Assembly (NCBI GenBank): GCA_010356995.1
Contig: ML996691.1
Span: forward strand, 874,174-938,173
DNA: 64,000 bases
Origin: Trichodelitschia bisporula
Taxonomy: Eukaryota
Direction: 5' to 3'
Part shown: one piece after another, positions 61,965 to 64,000 of the stretch
Numbering within the stretch: the stretch's first letter is position 1
How the letters are laid out: every line of letters starts with the position of its first letter
The notes under the pieces: generated by a model
Seen by the model: the letters and a program-made list of their open reading frames with translations, nothing else
What the model was told of the DNA's origin: nothing
The model's database searches: none
Translations under genes and position numbers: made by a program

Positions 61965-62046
61965 AGGTCCTACCCGGACTCGAACCGGGGTCCCGGGAAG
62001 CTTCTGTGTCAGAATCCCGTGTGCTAACCAACTACACTATAAGACC
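61965..62046 (-). tRNA. tRNA-Gln(CTG) with a 9-nt intron (62008-62000)
   Basis: Acceptor stem GGTCTTA/TAGGACC, D-arm TAGTGTAGTTGGTTAGCAC, anticodon stem CGGGA/TCCCG with CTG, T-loop GGTTCGAGTCC, downstream TTTT terminator. Confidence 0.93.
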
Positions 62047-62356
62047 TTCGAATTGATGAGGGCGATTCTATATCCTCTGGTACATGTAGAGCACCAAAAA
62101 CGCTAAACATCAGAAAACAGGTGGGATGAGGACGAGATCGAGGCTCCATCCGCGATGATGTGGGGGATGCTGCCGCTGCGGTTACCCGACGGGAAGGCAA
62201 TGCGCAACTCGGAGTAGGAGCAAACAGATGGTTTGACAGACCGGTCAGGCACATCGTATGCTATCCAGGTTACACGGTCGACGCAAGGTTCCGGGTCCCA
62301 TTCCCTCAGCACTGGTATCTAGAACCACATCGCGCCATCCGAGCGGCCATAAGAAC

Positions 62357-62839
62357 TCACGCCTTCACCTCTGCCGCCTCCTCCAGCGCCGCCCGCACAC
62401 CTTCGACAACCTCATCCTCCGCTTTTCCCGGTGCGGCAGGCACAACGAGCGTCTTCTCGCGCGCCTTGTGGCCACGAGCGATAGTGACCGATGACGTTGG
62501 GAGGCGGAGGACCTAACCCATCTCTCATTAGGTTCTACGCTTACACCACGACTTACGCTTTCATTCAGGGCCTGGTGCTCGATCTTGGTACCTCCATGGC
62601 TTACGGTAAAGGTGGTGGAAGAAGCATACCTCGGCGATGAGCTCCCGCACCGCTTTATTCGCTTCACCGTCGCGCGCCGGCGCTGAGACACACAGCTCGA
62701 TGGCCGAGGGCGCGAGGCTGAGGATGCGATCCCGCTGTTTGCGCGCGCTGGGCTTGACGTGCACGGTGAGATGGAGGCATGCTGGCGAGGGGGGTTTGGA
62801 CGGGAGGAAGCGGATTGTGGGAAGCGGATTAGGAGGCAT
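62357..62839 (-). CDS. UPF0235/DUF167 (YggU-like) protein; intron 62629-62513
   Basis: LTVHVKPSARKQR...IELCVSAPARDGEANKAVRELIAE|VLRLPTSSVTIARGHKAREK. Confidence 0.9.
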
Positions 62840-63526
62840 TATGACAGCGAAGTCAGGGCGTGGTATCCGGTAGGCATTTATGTCCGCGATCTCGATAACG
62901 ACGTTAGATGGTGGTGAGGCTCTCAGCACATCCTCCGTCACCGGACCCGGCCACCGCCAGCTCGGCTTGGATCGGAAGCTTGGCTCGGAGGGCGCTGCGG
63001 CGGTGATTGGGCAGAGATTGGCGGCTCGGGAGAACCTGTACTTAGGGGACGGGAGTGGGCGAGCGACACCACGGCTGTGGGGCTTTGTTCCCCTAAAAGC
63101 ATATCTACGCGCAACGAGCGGCGAGATGAATTTGGGCATGAGAAGGTTTACGTAAAGCGGTCAGCGGGATTGGGGAGTTATGGAGTACAAATAGAGGAGG
63201 GGAGGGGGATGAGCAGTGCATTCCACGCTTTCTTTGACTTACGAAGTTGGATCAGACGGACGGAAGCAGTAGAACTAGACGTTGTATGCACATTATCTTT
63301 CTTCACCGCATCGGGCTACTACACGTGTGTCTTCTCTAAGTCTGAGTTGCTACCTCTCCTCCTTGTTACCACTGTCGTCGGCCAATTTCGCCTCGAACTC
63401 CCGACTCCGACTCCAACTTGGACGGCAACGTCCCCTCTCGACATTACTCGATCATCGCAGCGACCCTCCTACCACAGCATCTTCCATCCCTCCAGCAATA
63501 ACACTCACACTCTCCCAACCGCAACC

Positions 63527-64000
63527 ATGACCTCCGCCCCAACCCTCCAACCCCGCTTCCTCCCCTCCCGAACCGAACTCGGCCTCGTCGCCGTCGGCTT
63601 CTCCGGCGGGCAGGTACATTCCCCCCCCTCCTTCCCCACCAACCAACCCCTAACACCCCGCAGTGCAAAGACGGCGTCGACGCCGCCCCCATGGCCCTCA
63701 TCGAAGCCGGCCTCATCACGCAACTAACCTCCGAACTCGACTTCAACGTGCACTACGACGGACAAGTACACTCGTACGCCGACCTACGCCCTGAACACGA
63801 CCCCCCGCACCGCGGGATGAAGAACCCGCGCGCTGTGTCCGCGGCCACGCAGGCGCTGAGCGCGCAGGTGTACGCCCATGCGAAGGAAGGACGGTTTGTG
63901 CTCACGCTGGGCGGGGATCATAGTATCGCCATTGGCAGCGTGAGTGGTGTGCAGAAGGCGGTTAGGGAGCGGTGCGGACGGGATGTGGCGCTGGTGTGGG
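63527..64000 (+). CDS. CAR1: Arginase (5' part; truncated by the window end); intron 63614-63663
   Basis: VAVGFSGGQ|CKDGVDAAP.ALIEAGL, GMKNPRAVS, LTLGGDHSIAIGS. Confidence 0.95.

Noticed and set aside
62513..62629. Three internal GTAAG motifs in the UPF0235 intron suggesting a stwintron
   Set aside because: No internal branch point/acceptor pair that would reconstitute an outer splice site was found.
1..64000. CRISPR array or prokaryote-type system
   Set aside because: The DNA is eukaryotic with spliceosomal introns, and there is no repeat-spacer array.

Overview
GC-rich, intron-containing genomic DNA from a filamentous ascomycete (Pezizomycotina; short GT-AG introns with CTRAC/CTAAC branch points; Dothideomycete-like by impression only). 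The window is gene-dense core genome. I saw no transposon, rDNA or secondary-metabolite cluster. It holds about 22 protein genes and one tRNA: a secreted App1-like protein (truncated by the window edge), an ECM13-like protein, VMA12, COQ1, SPT3, an orphan BTB-like protein, LSM12, a 12-intron GND1, an RBM42-like RRM protein, SSR4, a secreted tyrosinase, UTP18, SUA5, a large CorA-type TM-domain protein, a RasGAP, a DUF6594 protein, UBP14, DPH5, the circadian clock gene frq, tRNA-Gln(CTG), a UPF0235 protein and arginase (truncated). The most interesting biology is at frq: a second Met matching the short-FRQ start, a stop-free 57-nt intron right after it, a uORF-rich leader and candidate White-Collar sites. 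Other points are a DPH5 tandem acceptor that can create a stop codon, a diverged triplication at the SUA5 3' end, recurrent TACGGAGTA/GTAC intergenic motifs, altered catalytic or selectivity motifs (App1, CorA) and a C-to-G skew along genes. I found no clearly new multi-gene system. All gene identities come from recognising motifs by eye, not from database searches.
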